From contig JAQBGU010000096.1 in the NCBI GenBank assembly GCA_032128375.1, positions 8,273-72,272 on the forward strand: a stretch of 64,000 nt of DNA. The letters run 5' to 3'. A model generated the notes under the pieces. It ran no database searches, had not been told where the DNA came from, and was given only the letters and a program-made list of their open reading frames with translations. The DNA is from Deltaproteobacteria bacterium (GTDB lineage: Bacteria > Myxococcota_A > UBA9160 > SMWR01). The position numbers and the translations under genes are program-made. Below, piece by piece: positions 1 to 10,083 of the stretch (the stretch's first letter is position 1; every line of letters starts with the position of its first letter).

Positions 1-1119
1 GCCGACCAACGGCTCGCAGATGTCATCGGGCGTCTCGAAATCGACGATCTGCTCGAACTGGTCGAGTCGATTCCAGAAGAGCGCCGGGATTTCGTCATTG
101 CGAAGCTGCCGGAGCACCGGCGGGCGGAACTAGACAAGGCCGACCTCTACCCGGACGACAGTGCCGGTCGGGTCATGACCACGAGCTTTGTCGCACTCGA
201 CCAGAAGATGACCGCACAGGAAGCGATCGATTCCCTGCGCTCCAATCGGGACGACTCCGGTGAAGTGCTCTACTTGTATGTCGTCGATGATCAACGCGCT
301 CTGACGGGAGTAGTCCCGATTCGCCGTTTGGTTTCTGCACCGCCGGATCGCTGCATCGCAGACATGATGATCCCGGAACCGGTCAGTGTCAGTGCCGAAG
401 ACGACCAGGAAGAAGTCGCTCGGGTCGTGCGCCGTTTCGACCTGCTGGCGGTCCCGGTGACGGATGTCGACGGTCGGATGCTCGGTTTGATCACCGTCGA
501 CGACGTCATCGACGTCATCACCGAGGAGGCAACCGAGGACATCTACCACCTCGCGGGCCTCACCGAGGCCGACCGCGTGTTTGTCGCCGCTCGCGAGTCG
601 ATCCTGAAGCGCCTGCCTTGGATGCTGCTGAACCTGGGTAGCGCGTTCGCGGCGGCGTGGGTGGTGGGTCTATTCGAGCGGACGCTTCAGCAGGCCGTCG
701 CTCTCGCGATCTTCATGCCGATCGTGGCCGGCATGGGTGGCAACGGCGGCACGCAATCGCTGACGGTGATTACCCGGGCGATTGCGTTGGGCGAAATCGA
801 GTTCTCCAGCGGAATGCGCGCTGCCATGAAGGAACTGTCGGTGGGACTGACGATCGGAATCATCGTCGGCGGAATCGGGGCGGGCATCTCCTACCTGTGG
901 CAGGGCAACCCGATTCTCGGTATTTCGCTGTTCTTGGCGATGGTCTTGACTCTCTCTGTCGCCGGACTGCTGGGTGCCGCCGTCCCGCTTGGGCTCAAGG
1001 CACTGAATCTCGACCCGGCACTCGGCTCCGGTGTGATCGTGACAACCTTTACCGACGGGTTCGCATTTTTCTCATTCCTGGGTATCGCGACACTGCTGAT
1101 GGATCGGGCAATTCTCTGA
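1..1119 (+). CDS. mgtE: Magnesium transporter MgtE (5'-truncated by window edge)
   Basis: Frame is open from base 1 (ADQRLADVIGRLEIDDLLELVE...YPDDSAGRVMTT). CBS pair (YLYVVDD, LLAVPVTD), then TM domain with RLPW, GMGGNGGTQ, LDPA and TTFTD motifs. Confidence 0.95.
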   Translation, partial: ADQRLADVIGRLEIDDLLELVESIPEERRDFVIAKLPEHRRAELDKADLYPDDSAGRVMTTSFVALDQKMTAQEAIDSLRSNRDDSGEVLYLYVVDDQRALTGVVPIRRLVSAPPDRCIADMMIPEPVSVSAEDDQEEVARVVRRFDLLAVPVTDVDGRMLGLITVDDVIDVITEEATEDIYHLAGLTEADRVFVAARESILKRLPWMLLNLGSAFAAAWVVGLFERTLQQAVALAIFMPIVAGMGGNGGTQSLTVITRAIALGEIEFSSGMRAAMKELSVGLTIGIIVGGIGAGISYLWQGNPILGISLFLAMVLTLSVAGLLGAAVPLGLKALNLDPALGSGVIVTTFTDGFAFFSFLGIATLLMDRAIL

Positions 1120-1125
1120 GAGGCA

Positions 1126-1146
1126 GTGCGCTCTGCGCACCTTTTG
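1126..1146 (+). terminator. Possible intrinsic terminator after mgtE
   Basis: GTGCGC-TCT-GCGCAC hairpin followed by CTTTTG, just after the stop and between convergent genes. Short stem and short U-tract. Confidence 0.35.
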
Positions 1147-1195
1147 AATTCCACTTCGTTCTGGGAGGCGACTTGTGAATTTGCGAACCCCGATT

Positions 1196-2896
1196 TCATT
1201 GAAGGTCAGTCTTCCCTTTGGCGCGCGAGAGTGAATCACCGGTATTCGGATCTCCCGCGGCCGGGCGTGGGCGCAACAAGAAGATCGTGTCGCTGACGTG
1301 GGAACTCGGCGCGAACGCGTAAACGCCCCAGCGGTTGCTGTAGAAGCCCGCGCGGTGTTCGAACGACAGGATCGCAAACGGTCCGGGGTAGCTCAGTTCC
1401 CAGCTCTTCACGACGTCACCCGCAGGCCGATGGGTTTCGAAATCCGGCGGCACCGCCGCACTCACCAGCAGCTGGTCATCGGGGTCGAGTTCTGCGCCCC
1501 GGTACCGGAGCAACCCGGCCCGCTCGGAGTAGTAGCGCAAACCCCATTGCGCATTGTAGAACGTCTGACCGCTGGACGGCTGGCGGTCGCTAAAGTCGCC
1601 ATCGATGAACTCGCGGTACATATTCGCCCAACGGTAGTCGCTCAGCGCGACGCCGATACCCGTCGCACCACCCACCACACACGAAAGCCACAGCACGATC
1701 ACACCCGTCCCACGCCAGCGACCCCGCAACTCACTGAGCCCATCGAGCAAGAGTAAGATCGCCGCAGGGAGTGGAAGCAGCAGGTACTTCACTGCCACGT
1801 GCTCGTAGCGTACCGTCGCAAACGTTGTGGCGATCAACGTCAGCGCGAGCACCCAGCGCAGTGCCGTCCCGGCATCGGGCGCGGCGAATCGATCCGGTAT
1901 CCCCGACGCGAGGCGCAGCGCCGAATCGCCCACCAGTGCCAGTCCCGGCCACGCGAACAGCAGCGCCGCAAGCGCCAGATTCTGCCGGCCGCCGAGTCCG
2001 AACACGCCCACTCCGGCGGCTACCACACCCGAAATCAACACGACAACAGTCGATCTGCCTCCCCGCGCCCCGATCGCCAGCAACACCAGACCGGTCGCCG
2101 GAAACTGTGCCCCCAGAAACGTGAGTTCATTGAATGCGAAATACACGTCACGGAGCCAACTCGAATCGCTGGTCCAGCGAAACAGCGAACTGATGAAGTG
2201 CGGGCGACCCGCGATCGCGAAGCTCGCGGTTTCAGATGCAGCTACCAGCGACAGCGCGACCGCAATCGGAATGTACGAGCGCATGCGCCAATCTCGACGC
2301 AACAGCGGGTACAGCAGCAGCGAACCGACGGCAAACAGCGCGGTGAAGCGGGTGAGAAACGCGAACCCACCGAGCACACCCGAAAGCCACGCATCTCGTC
2401 CGTTTTGTTCTTCGACCGCCGGCACCAATCGGTCCAGCGCCGCAACGCTCAGTGCCATCGCGGCGAGATCCGGCATGATCGTCGAGCCCATCACCAGAAA
2501 GCCGCAGCTTCCAGCCATCAACACACAGGCCGCCAGCGGCGGAACGCGAAGTCGTTTTGCCAGACCGCGGAGCCCCGCCAGTGCCAGCAACCCGAACGCG
2601 AACGTCAACGAGTGCATCGCCACTTCGGATTCGCCAAACACCGCTCGCACGCCAGCGAGCAGGTACTGCCACAGCAGTGGGTGCGGGAAGTCGATGATCG
2701 CGATCCGCATCGAATCCCACTCGAACACCTGGACAAACGGGTCGAATGGGTGTTCGGAAATCAAGCGGGCATAGATCAGGAACTGCGTGTCGTCGATGTG
2801 AAAGGCCTTGTCGAGCCAGGGCAACAGCGCGAGCGCCGGCATGAGGCACACCCACACCGGATGGTCCCGCTCCAACCAACTCCGGGCACCGGACAT
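1196..2896 (-). CDS. GT-C fold (ArnT/PMT-like) membrane glycosyltransferase
   Basis: About 12 hydrophobic segments, acidic FHIDD motif after TM1, HPLLWQY loop and soluble C-terminal domain. Paralog of 26610-28313. Start 2896 (ATG) or 2905 (GTG). Confidence 0.75.
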   Translation of the reverse strand: MSGARSWLERDHPVWVCLMPALALLPWLDKAFHIDDTQFLIYARLISEHPFDPFVQVFEWDSMRIAIIDFPHPLLWQYLLAGVRAVFGESEVAMHSLTFAFGLLALAGLRGLAKRLRVPPLAACVLMAGSCGFLVMGSTIMPDLAAMALSVAALDRLVPAVEEQNGRDAWLSGVLGGFAFLTRFTALFAVGSLLLYPLLRRDWRMRSYIPIAVALSLVAASETASFAIAGRPHFISSLFRWTSDSSWLRDVYFAFNELTFLGAQFPATGLVLLAIGARGGRSTVVVLISGVVAAGVGVFGLGGRQNLALAALLFAWPGLALVGDSALRLASGIPDRFAAPDAGTALRWVLALTLIATTFATVRYEHVAVKYLLLPLPAAILLLLDGLSELRGRWRGTGVIVLWLSCVVGGATGIGVALSDYRWANMYREFIDGDFSDRQPSSGQTFYNAQWGLRYYSERAGLLRYRGAELDPDDQLLVSAAVPPDFETHRPAGDVVKSWELSYPGPFAILSFEHRAGFYSNRWGVYAFAPSSHVSDTIFLLRPRPAAGDPNTGDSLSRAKGKTDLQ

Positions 2897-3032
2897 CAAT
2901 GACACGCCGGCGCAGCGTAGGACCCCGCTCGCCAGGTTGCCAGGTCCGCCCGCAGATCAGCACAAACTGCTATGGGTAGCCGCGGCGAGTGCCGCGAGCC
3001 CAAGCAGCGTGCGGGCTCGATGTGGCGAAAGG

Positions 3033-4328
3033 ATGCGGCCCGTGACCACGGAATCGAAGCGAAACCGTCGAGCCGGCACGATCTGGTTGGCTGTTCTGGC
3101 CCTGTTCGCGGCTGTGAACGTCGCGCGGGTGACGCTATCCAGCGTCGGACATGACTTCTTCCAGTTCTGGTCGATCGGCCAGGCATCTGGGCGTGATACG
3201 CCCGTCGATCTGTACGCGAGGGCGACTTCCAGAGCCATCTCCGAACGAGCCATGAGACAGGTTTCGGGACCCCACGGCTCACAACGTGGCCGCCGCGCCG
3301 CGGCGATCAATCAACGACTCTATCCGGACGGCGTCGATCCGATCTCCACGCCGACCTACTACTCGGTCTTCGCGGCGCTGAGCACCGGAGATTACGACGC
3401 GAATCTCTTGGGCTTTCAGCTTTCTTCGACCGTGATGCTGTTGATCGCCGGATGGTTCCTATGCCGCCGCATGGGTTATACACCCATCTCCACGACCCTG
3501 GCGCTGACCGTGCTGATGCTCGTGTATGGCCCTCTGCACGCGGACATCCAAACCGGCAACACGAATCGGTTACAGCTCGCGTTGCTCGCCGGAACCTTGG
3601 CATTACACCATATCGGATCACAGAAGGTAATCAAAGTTTTTGCCGGCGCCCTGCTCGGCGGTTTGATCGCGCTGAAGCCGAATCTCGCAAGCATCCCGTT
3701 TTTCCTGGCCGCAGTGTGGATGACCGATCGGCGCTTTGCCGAGCTGCGCGCCGCGGCCATTGGATGGCTGCTGGGCGCCGGATTGGCGGTCACAATCGGC
3801 AGTCTGACGTTTTCGTGGGAATCATGGAGCCAGTGGATTTCTGCCCTTGCGGTGTACCAGAAGAACCCGGCTCCGGTCTCCCAGAGCAATTGGAGTTCGG
3901 CGCGATTGATCTTCGAGTGGACCGGAGCCGACCTGTCGCTGCTGCTGGGACTTTCGCTGCTGGCTTGCGCGGCAACATGCGCCTGGTGGGGACGGTCGCG
4001 GGCAGCCGGCACTCCCCGCGTCGATCGGGACATCGCAGCAGTGGGCAGCGCGCTACTCGTGCCGTTGATTGCGTCACAGATTGCATGGGATCACTACTTC
4101 GTGCTCGCAGTACCAGCGCTGATCGTCTCGTTGCGCCCGACGCGTGCTGCCCTGGCGCGTCAGATCGCCGCCGCCGCCGTCCTATGCGCCTGTGCGGTGT
4201 CGCCGCTGAGAATCGCGTGGCCCGAGATCGGGCCACTGGAACTCGCGATGAGCCTATCGGTGGGGATCGGCGGCTTGTTTGCACTTTCGATGCGGGAGCT
4301 GATCCATCCGTCGCCGACCGACCCCTGA
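3033..4328 (+). CDS. GT87/DUF2029-like membrane glycosyltransferase (GT-C)
   Basis: HDFFQFW after TM1, GNTN, LKP and WDHY motifs, polytopic. Start placed at ATG 3033 rather than 2808. Confidence 0.7.
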   Translation: MRPVTTESKRNRRAGTIWLAVLALFAAVNVARVTLSSVGHDFFQFWSIGQASGRDTPVDLYARATSRAISERAMRQVSGPHGSQRGRRAAAINQRLYPDGVDPISTPTYYSVFAALSTGDYDANLLGFQLSSTVMLLIAGWFLCRRMGYTPISTTLALTVLMLVYGPLHADIQTGNTNRLQLALLAGTLALHHIGSQKVIKVFAGALLGGLIALKPNLASIPFFLAAVWMTDRRFAELRAAAIGWLLGAGLAVTIGSLTFSWESWSQWISALAVYQKNPAPVSQSNWSSARLIFEWTGADLSLLLGLSLLACAATCAWWGRSRAAGTPRVDRDIAAVGSALLVPLIASQIAWDHYFVLAVPALIVSLRPTRAALARQIAAAAVLCACAVSPLRIAWPEIGPLELAMSLSVGIGGLFALSMRELIHPSPTDP

Positions 4329-4490
4329 GGGCTCCACATCTCGGTCGCCCTACCCCGCGTCGATCGCAGCCCCGAAGAGATCTCTGCAGATTTTGTTCTG
4401 GGTGTTCAACCCACGATCGGATGTTCGTCCGAAAGAAACAGCGGCGACTGTGTCAGATCAGTGAAGCGCCGTTCACCATGGATTCACTTC

Positions 4491-5195
4491 TCAGTCCGCC
4501 ACTGCGTAGGTCGACTCCAGATATTCGACGATTTCTTCGGATTCAAACATTTCGGTGTTGGTATTCGGGTCGACCAGATAGGGGACCATGAGCTTGTCGG
4601 CGCGAGCCAGGAGCGCTGCGCGCTGGTCACTGCCCTTGGCGACGTTTCGCAGGCGATACGGGAGTTCCAGGCTGCATAGCGCCTCGCGAACAATGCGACA
4701 GAACGGAGACGCCTCGTAGCTGTACAACTCGAGGGGCTTGTCCGGTACGCGCGCAGCGCGGTAGAGACGACCCGAAGCGAACGGTCGGGTGAGAGATGCG
4801 AGCATCGTCGTCACATCGTTGAGCGGCCCCGCAGACAGCAACATCGGAATGGGTCCGTCACCGTAGGTAGCGAACAGATAACTCACGATGTCATCCGATT
4901 CGTACATTTCCTTGCCAGTATTGGAATCGATCAGGTAGGGAAACTGCGCCTTACCGCCCCGCTCGGTCAACTCCTGGCGGTAGCGGGGTCCCTGTTTGGG
5001 ACAGGGATAAATCATCGCGTCCAAGTCGAGGACCGACAGTGCCTCGCGAACCTTGCGGCAGTACGGGCAGTTCTCGAACTCGTAAATCTGGAGCAGCTCC
5101 ACCGGCCGGTTTCCGCGAGATCCGACGCTCGCGCCAGAACCGAGGCGGGCCAATGTACTCGCGATGGATGTCCCCACGTCGATATAGCGATTCAA
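4491..5195 (-). CDS. Tandem glutaredoxin/GST N-terminal domain protein (2 x GST-N)
   Basis: Two repeats: YEFENCPYCRKVRE...QFPYLID...MYES and YSYEASPFCRIVRE...VPYLVDPN...MFES. TTG start at 5195 preceded by AAGGAGG (5201-5207). Confidence 0.88.
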   Translation of the reverse strand: MNRYIDVGTSIASTLARLGSGASVGSRGNRPVELLQIYEFENCPYCRKVREALSVLDLDAMIYPCPKQGPRYRQELTERGGKAQFPYLIDSNTGKEMYESDDIVSYLFATYGDGPIPMLLSAGPLNDVTTMLASLTRPFASGRLYRAARVPDKPLELYSYEASPFCRIVREALCSLELPYRLRNVAKGSDQRAALLARADKLMVPYLVDPNTNTEMFESEEIVEYLESTYAVAD

Positions 5196-5329
5196 CCTGT
5201 CCTCCTTGCCCGTCCCCGGGCGACCATCCGGTATCCTACCCGCTCGGGCGTCCCCGTCGCAGTACTTGCAGGCTGCGGAAAAGCGCCTCGCATCGACCTG
5301 CACCGATCTTCGAAGTATCTCCTGACCGG

Positions 5330-6709
5330 CTAGAAAAACCCTTCGATCAGCATGAAGCCCAACGGCTCCAACGATCCGTACTCGCTGCGCCGCCGCCCCG
5401 TTGGGAACTGCCCGCCGACTACGACCTCCAACCAATCGCGTGGAGTGAAGCGCAACGTTGGATAGAAATTGGCACTCTTGCCCTGCCAATCGATGAGAGT
5501 GACCCAATCGAATCGGATTTCCGGCGTCACGTCGTAGCCGAGTTGCAGACCCGTCAGATGTTCGGACCGCGTGATCACCCGGCTGCCACCAAAAACGTCC
5601 GGCGAGGTCGTTGTAACGAACGGACCGGTGACACCAGCGGGTCCCCGATCGGTAGCCTCGAACAGTGGCAGCAATGGTCCGGCCCTGCCTCTGCCGAAAC
5701 CCAGCGCGTTGCCGTTGTACAGGTACTCCACGAGCCCGTAGAGCCCAGTGCCGATATCGAACAAATAGTCGATAGACGCCACCACTTGAACGAAATGCGC
5801 GAGTTCATTCGGCCGGCTGCGCTCGATGGGCCACACATCCCGCTCGGGGTCGGTGTAGACGAATTCCAAGCGCGCAGCAGCATCGCCGAGATTGCCCGCG
5901 AGATCGACCCCGGCAGTCCAGGCTTCTTCGAAAACCCCCGCGACCACCGAATAGTCGATATCGGCCGCGACGCCGTGTAACCGCAGCGCGTAGCTTCGAT
6001 CGTCGGCGATCTTCCCCGGTGCCAAAACGCCTTCGACGAACGTGAATCCCGAAAACAAGAAGCGCACGTCGACCGCGTCGACCCCCGCGCTCTGACTCGG
6101 CTGGAGAGCGAGTGGAGGGATCGCGTTGAACCGATCGATCGGGTTCCACAGACGGCCGACACCCCATGGAATTCGCTGCCGCCCGACCGTGGCTTCGACG
6201 TGTTCCGATTCGAACTGTACGAAGCCGCGATACAACACGTGCCGCCAGTTTGCATAGGGGTCAGAGACAATCGTCTGCTCTGCGCCGAGAAAGCTCGATC
6301 GACCCACAGTACCGGCCAACTCTGAACCGAGACCTTCGAGACGCCCGACCAGCAAATCGTGATCGTACTCGGCGACTGCAGACCAGTGCTCGTCGAGGCG
6401 AACCTCGAGCTTGGTTCGCAGCCGAGTCAATGCGACGGGTACGAACCAGTCGCCCACTTCATCGAATCCGCGACAATCGGCGAAGGTGGAGGCCAATAAG
6501 CAATTCAGATCTCCGGTCGATGCCTCGAGAAAACCGTCAGCATCAGTACCCTGGGTGAGCACAATCTGCTCGAGGAGGGATCCGCCAAAGTCGATCGAGG
6601 CCTCGCCTCGGCGCCACAATTCGCGCGCTTGGCCGGCTTCTGCGACCACCACGGTGGCGATCCAGCACAACCAGACGACACACAACCTTGTCGCCTCCAC
6701 GAATGTCAC
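5330..6709 (-). CDS. Putative outer-membrane beta-barrel protein, last gene of the ABC operon
   Basis: Signal-peptide-like N-terminus, GRQRIPWG motif, amphipathic beta-strand pattern and C-terminal Phe (IEGFF). 4-bp overlap with the ATPase gene. Confidence 0.65.
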   Translation of the reverse strand: MTFVEATRLCVVWLCWIATVVVAEAGQARELWRRGEASIDFGGSLLEQIVLTQGTDADGFLEASTGDLNCLLASTFADCRGFDEVGDWFVPVALTRLRTKLEVRLDEHWSAVAEYDHDLLVGRLEGLGSELAGTVGRSSFLGAEQTIVSDPYANWRHVLYRGFVQFESEHVEATVGRQRIPWGVGRLWNPIDRFNAIPPLALQPSQSAGVDAVDVRFLFSGFTFVEGVLAPGKIADDRSYALRLHGVAADIDYSVVAGVFEEAWTAGVDLAGNLGDAAARLEFVYTDPERDVWPIERSRPNELAHFVQVVASIDYLFDIGTGLYGLVEYLYNGNALGFGRGRAGPLLPLFEATDRGPAGVTGPFVTTTSPDVFGGSRVITRSEHLTGLQLGYDVTPEIRFDWVTLIDWQGKSANFYPTLRFTPRDWLEVVVGGQFPTGRRRSEYGSLEPLGFMLIEGFF

Positions 6710-7392
6710 CAGGCTCGCTCATCTCCGACGATCTTTCCGTCCGCCAGACGGATGGTTCGACGCGCTCGCTCGATGACGCGGATGTCGTGGGTCGAGAACA
6801 GAAATGTGACACCGCGATCGGCGTTCAAGCGCGCCATCAGATCCAGCAGCTTCCCGGCGGTCGCCGAATCCAGATTCGCCGTGGGCTCGTCCGCTAACAC
6901 GATTCGGGGTCGGCTCGCGATGGCACGCGCGACTGCGACCCGCTGTTGCTGGCCACCGCTCATCTCGAGCGGGCGCTTGTCGCCCATTTCGGCGATTCCG
7001 ACCTCTTCGAGCAGTTCATTTGCTCGGGCGCGCCGTTCGTTCTTCGAGACCGCCTGGAGTTCCATCACGAACTCGATGTTCTCACGAGCCGACAGCACCT
7101 GTATCAAGTTGTAGGCCTGAAAAACAAAACCCAGCTTGTGCAGACGCAGCTCGGACAGCGCGGCCGCTGACAGATTTCCGAGCCGTTGGCCGTCCAGCAT
7201 GACCTCGCCAGAACTCGGCTCGTCCAGCGCTCCGAACAAGTTGAGGAGTGTCGTCTTGCCAGATCCGCTGGGTCCCGCCAGCACCGAGAACTCGCCCTCT
7301 TCGATACTCAGGTCGACGCCGAGCAGTGCCGGTGCCTCGACGCCTCGGGTCACATAGGTCTTGTAGACGCCCTGTGCTTCCAAAATCGACAT
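6706..7392 (-). CDS. ABC transporter ATP-binding protein (LolD/MacB-like)
   Basis: Walker A GPSGSGKT, GFVFQAYNL, MSGGQQQR, LADEPTANLD, STHD. Confidence 0.95.
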   Translation of the reverse strand: MSILEAQGVYKTYVTRGVEAPALLGVDLSIEEGEFSVLAGPSGSGKTTLLNLFGALDEPSSGEVMLDGQRLGNLSAAALSELRLHKLGFVFQAYNLIQVLSARENIEFVMELQAVSKNERRARANELLEEVGIAEMGDKRPLEMSGGQQQRVAVARAIASRPRIVLADEPTANLDSATAGKLLDLMARLNADRGVTFLFSTHDIRVIERARRTIRLADGKIVGDERAW

Positions 7393-7469
7393 GGCTCTCT
7401 CACCATTTCCCTATCGGCCCCTGCCAGTTGCCAGGCTTCAGCTGAGAGTCCGTCGTGGATTCTCTCGCC

Positions 7470-8684
7470 CTAAACATGGCGCACAGCCTCCGCCGGGCGA
7501 AACTGCGTAGCGCGATAGGCGGGCCAACCGCTCGCGACGGCCGCCGTCAGAAACGCCACCACGGTTGGAACAACGAAATCTTCCGTGCGCAGAACCGGTT
7601 TGATGCGCTGTCCAACGCCGAAAGACTCCAAGCCAGCGGCGAACGAACTCAGATCGATTCCCTCTTGCAACCCCGCGAGAACCGCCAACGCGAGTCCAAA
7701 ACCGATTGCGAGACCCATCAGGGTGACGATCAGCGACTCGTACACGATCGACATCGCCAACCGGCTGCGCGGCATGCCAATCGCCATCAAGATCCCGATC
7801 TCGCGAACGCGCTCATAGATCGTCATCAACAACACGTTGGCGATCCCGAACAACATGGCGATGAACACAGCGCCGTAGATGATGTATCCCATCTGATCGA
7901 ATACCGCGACCATGTAATCCAAGACCGGCTGAAGCTCCTTCCAGCTCCGCACCTCGAGTCCAGCGAGGCTCGACGCGAGTGAATCGCGCAACCGATCGAC
8001 ACCGGTGCCGTCCTTTCCAACAATCACGATCTCTGAAATCGCGCCTTCCAATGCCAGCAGGGCCTGGCTTTCGGCGAGTGGAAGAAACAGAGTCCCAGAG
8101 TCGAGCACGGCCGATGGGGTGTGAAAGATGCCGCCCACGCGGACGCCTGCGCCCGTGATGTCTCCCGACATGTCCGTCACAGACAAGACGATCTTGTCGC
8201 CGACTTCGACGTGAAGCCTCCGCGCCAACCGCTCACCGATGATGACCCGACGCTTGGTGCCATCGAGGTAGCGGCCCGAAGTCATCGAATCGGCGACGAT
8301 CGAGATGTCCGACTCATTCTCCGGTTCGACCCCAACGACGCGCACACCGACACTCGCCTGCGCCGATGTAACGAGCCCTTCCCCGCGCACGCGGCGCGCG
8401 AACGCCTGTACATCGCGATTGCCCTCGAGGATCTGACCCGATCGTTCCCCACCGTCTCGCATCCGAACCCGCAGTTCGGGGCTCGCATCGTAACCCTGCG
8501 CGTGGATCTGGAGATGCCCGAGCTCGGTACCGATCGCCGTTTCGACCATCTGCACGACGATCCCGTAGTTGAAAGCCATCGCGATCAACGCTCCAGCGAT
8601 TCCCACCGCAACCGCCGTCACGAGCACGGCGGAACGACGCGGATTGCGCCATACGTTGCGCCACGCGATGCGCAGGCTCATCAC
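7470..8684 (-). CDS. ABC permease, LolC/E (FtsX/MacB) family
   Basis: AWRNVWRNPRR N-terminus, one TM, large periplasmic domain, then 3 TMs with ERVREIGIL. Confidence 0.92.
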   Translation of the reverse strand: MMSLRIAWRNVWRNPRRSAVLVTAVAVGIAGALIAMAFNYGIVVQMVETAIGTELGHLQIHAQGYDASPELRVRMRDGGERSGQILEGNRDVQAFARRVRGEGLVTSAQASVGVRVVGVEPENESDISIVADSMTSGRYLDGTKRRVIIGERLARRLHVEVGDKIVLSVTDMSGDITGAGVRVGGIFHTPSAVLDSGTLFLPLAESQALLALEGAISEIVIVGKDGTGVDRLRDSLASSLAGLEVRSWKELQPVLDYMVAVFDQMGYIIYGAVFIAMLFGIANVLLMTIYERVREIGILMAIGMPRSRLAMSIVYESLIVTLMGLAIGFGLALAVLAGLQEGIDLSSFAAGLESFGVGQRIKPVLRTEDFVVPTVVAFLTAAVASGWPAYRATQFRPAEAVRHV

Positions 8685-8685
8685 G

Positions 8686-9948
8686 TCACAGGCTCCGAAG
8701 CACGTCGATCGGGCGGCCTCGGCTGGCCTTCACTGCCGGATAGAACGCCGCCACCACCGCCAGCGCGAGAATCGTCAACGCGGAGCCGATCGGGTTCAGT
8801 GGCTTGAGCTTGAAAGTCATCACCGGCTCCGCGCCAAAGAGTTCCATCACATCCGTCATCCCGCCGGTGAGCGGAATCGGGTTGGCCTCGAAGTACAGAA
8901 GCATCGGAAGCGAGATTGCGAGCCCGATCATCAATCCGACACCCGCCAACATCACAGATTCGAAATAGACAATTCGAAATACCGCGCGAGGACGCAACCC
9001 CAAAGCCAGAACCACGCCGAACTCCTTGCGTCGCTCGAGCACGGCCATCAATACGGTGTTCAGAATTCCGAAGCCCACCACCACAACGACGATGAACACG
9101 GTGATGTACATCCCGGCGTCGTCGAGCAGAATGAATTGCACCAATTCGGGCATCAGTTCGTCCCAGGTGTTGATTTCCCATGGAGAGGCGATTAGCAGGC
9201 TTGTCTCCAGCTCCTGGCGGACTGAGGCGGCACTGTCCGCATCGTCGGTAAGGATCGCGATTTCGCTGACGCGATCACCGTACACAAAGAAATCCTGCGC
9301 GTCGGCCAGCGAGATGATCGCCAGGTTTGCATCCAGATTCAGATCCGGAAGCCGCATCACACCGACGACATCGAACAGTTCATACGCGGTCTCGAGCGAG
9401 TAGGCGACCGAGTACAGCAGCAGGCTGTCACCGACTTCCGCCGACAACTTCGCGGCCAAGCGCTGCCCGATCACGATCTCGTGGTGTCCGCCGACACTCA
9501 CGAACGAACCCGACCGCACCCGCTCCGAGAGCTTCGATACGGAATTTTCCAAAGAGGGGTCGACCCCGAGCACCGCAACTCCGCTGGTCGACGTTCCCTT
9601 CGCCAACAACGCGAAATTCTGGACCCGCGGCGCATAGCCTCTCACCCCCTCGGTGTCTCGAACGCGCTGCTCGATTTCGCTGCCGAAGTAGACGAATTGC
9701 TCCAGCGTCCGGTTCTGGAGGTATCCCTCCCCCGTCACCGCCAGGTGGCCAGACGCGTATCGGACCGCATCTTCAATCATCTTCTCGTGGACACCCGCGG
9801 CCATTCCCACCGACATGACTACGAGCACGACCGCAAATACGGTCGCAGCAACCGTCAATCCCGTGCGACGCGGGTTGCGCCAGACGTTGCGCCAGGCGAG
9901 TCGGAATTCCAGCACGCTAGCCCGCTGGCCCGGCAGTTCGGCGAGCAC
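8686..9948 (-). CDS. ABC permease, LolC/E (FtsX/MacB) family
   Basis: AWRNVWRNPRRT, ERRKEFGVVLALG and YPA motif. Exact start uncertain. Confidence 0.92.
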   Translation of the reverse strand: MLAELPGQRASVLEFRLAWRNVWRNPRRTGLTVAATVFAVVLVVMSVGMAAGVHEKMIEDAVRYASGHLAVTGEGYLQNRTLEQFVYFGSEIEQRVRDTEGVRGYAPRVQNFALLAKGTSTSGVAVLGVDPSLENSVSKLSERVRSGSFVSVGGHHEIVIGQRLAAKLSAEVGDSLLLYSVAYSLETAYELFDVVGVMRLPDLNLDANLAIISLADAQDFFVYGDRVSEIAILTDDADSAASVRQELETSLLIASPWEINTWDELMPELVQFILLDDAGMYITVFIVVVVVGFGILNTVLMAVLERRKEFGVVLALGLRPRAVFRIVYFESVMLAGVGLMIGLAISLPMLLYFEANPIPLTGGMTDVMELFGAEPVMTFKLKPLNPIGSALTILALAVVAAFYPAVKASRGRPIDVLRSL

Positions 9949-10083
9949 CGACCGGGTAAGATCGGTCCCCTGGCCGAGGCCAGTGCGTCATCGAGCCTCT
10001 TCGCCGATCGACGCCAGCGAAACCACAAGCCCGGATCTGGGGTCGAACCCTGTCGAACCCCACCGAGCTTCCGAGGCTGGACA

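Noticed and set aside
4329..4490. Small hairpins plus CTGA/GAAA-like words suggesting a hammerhead ribozyme or sRNA
   Set aside because: The CUGANGA...GAAA core is not present in the right order on either strand, and short stems between convergent genes are expected.
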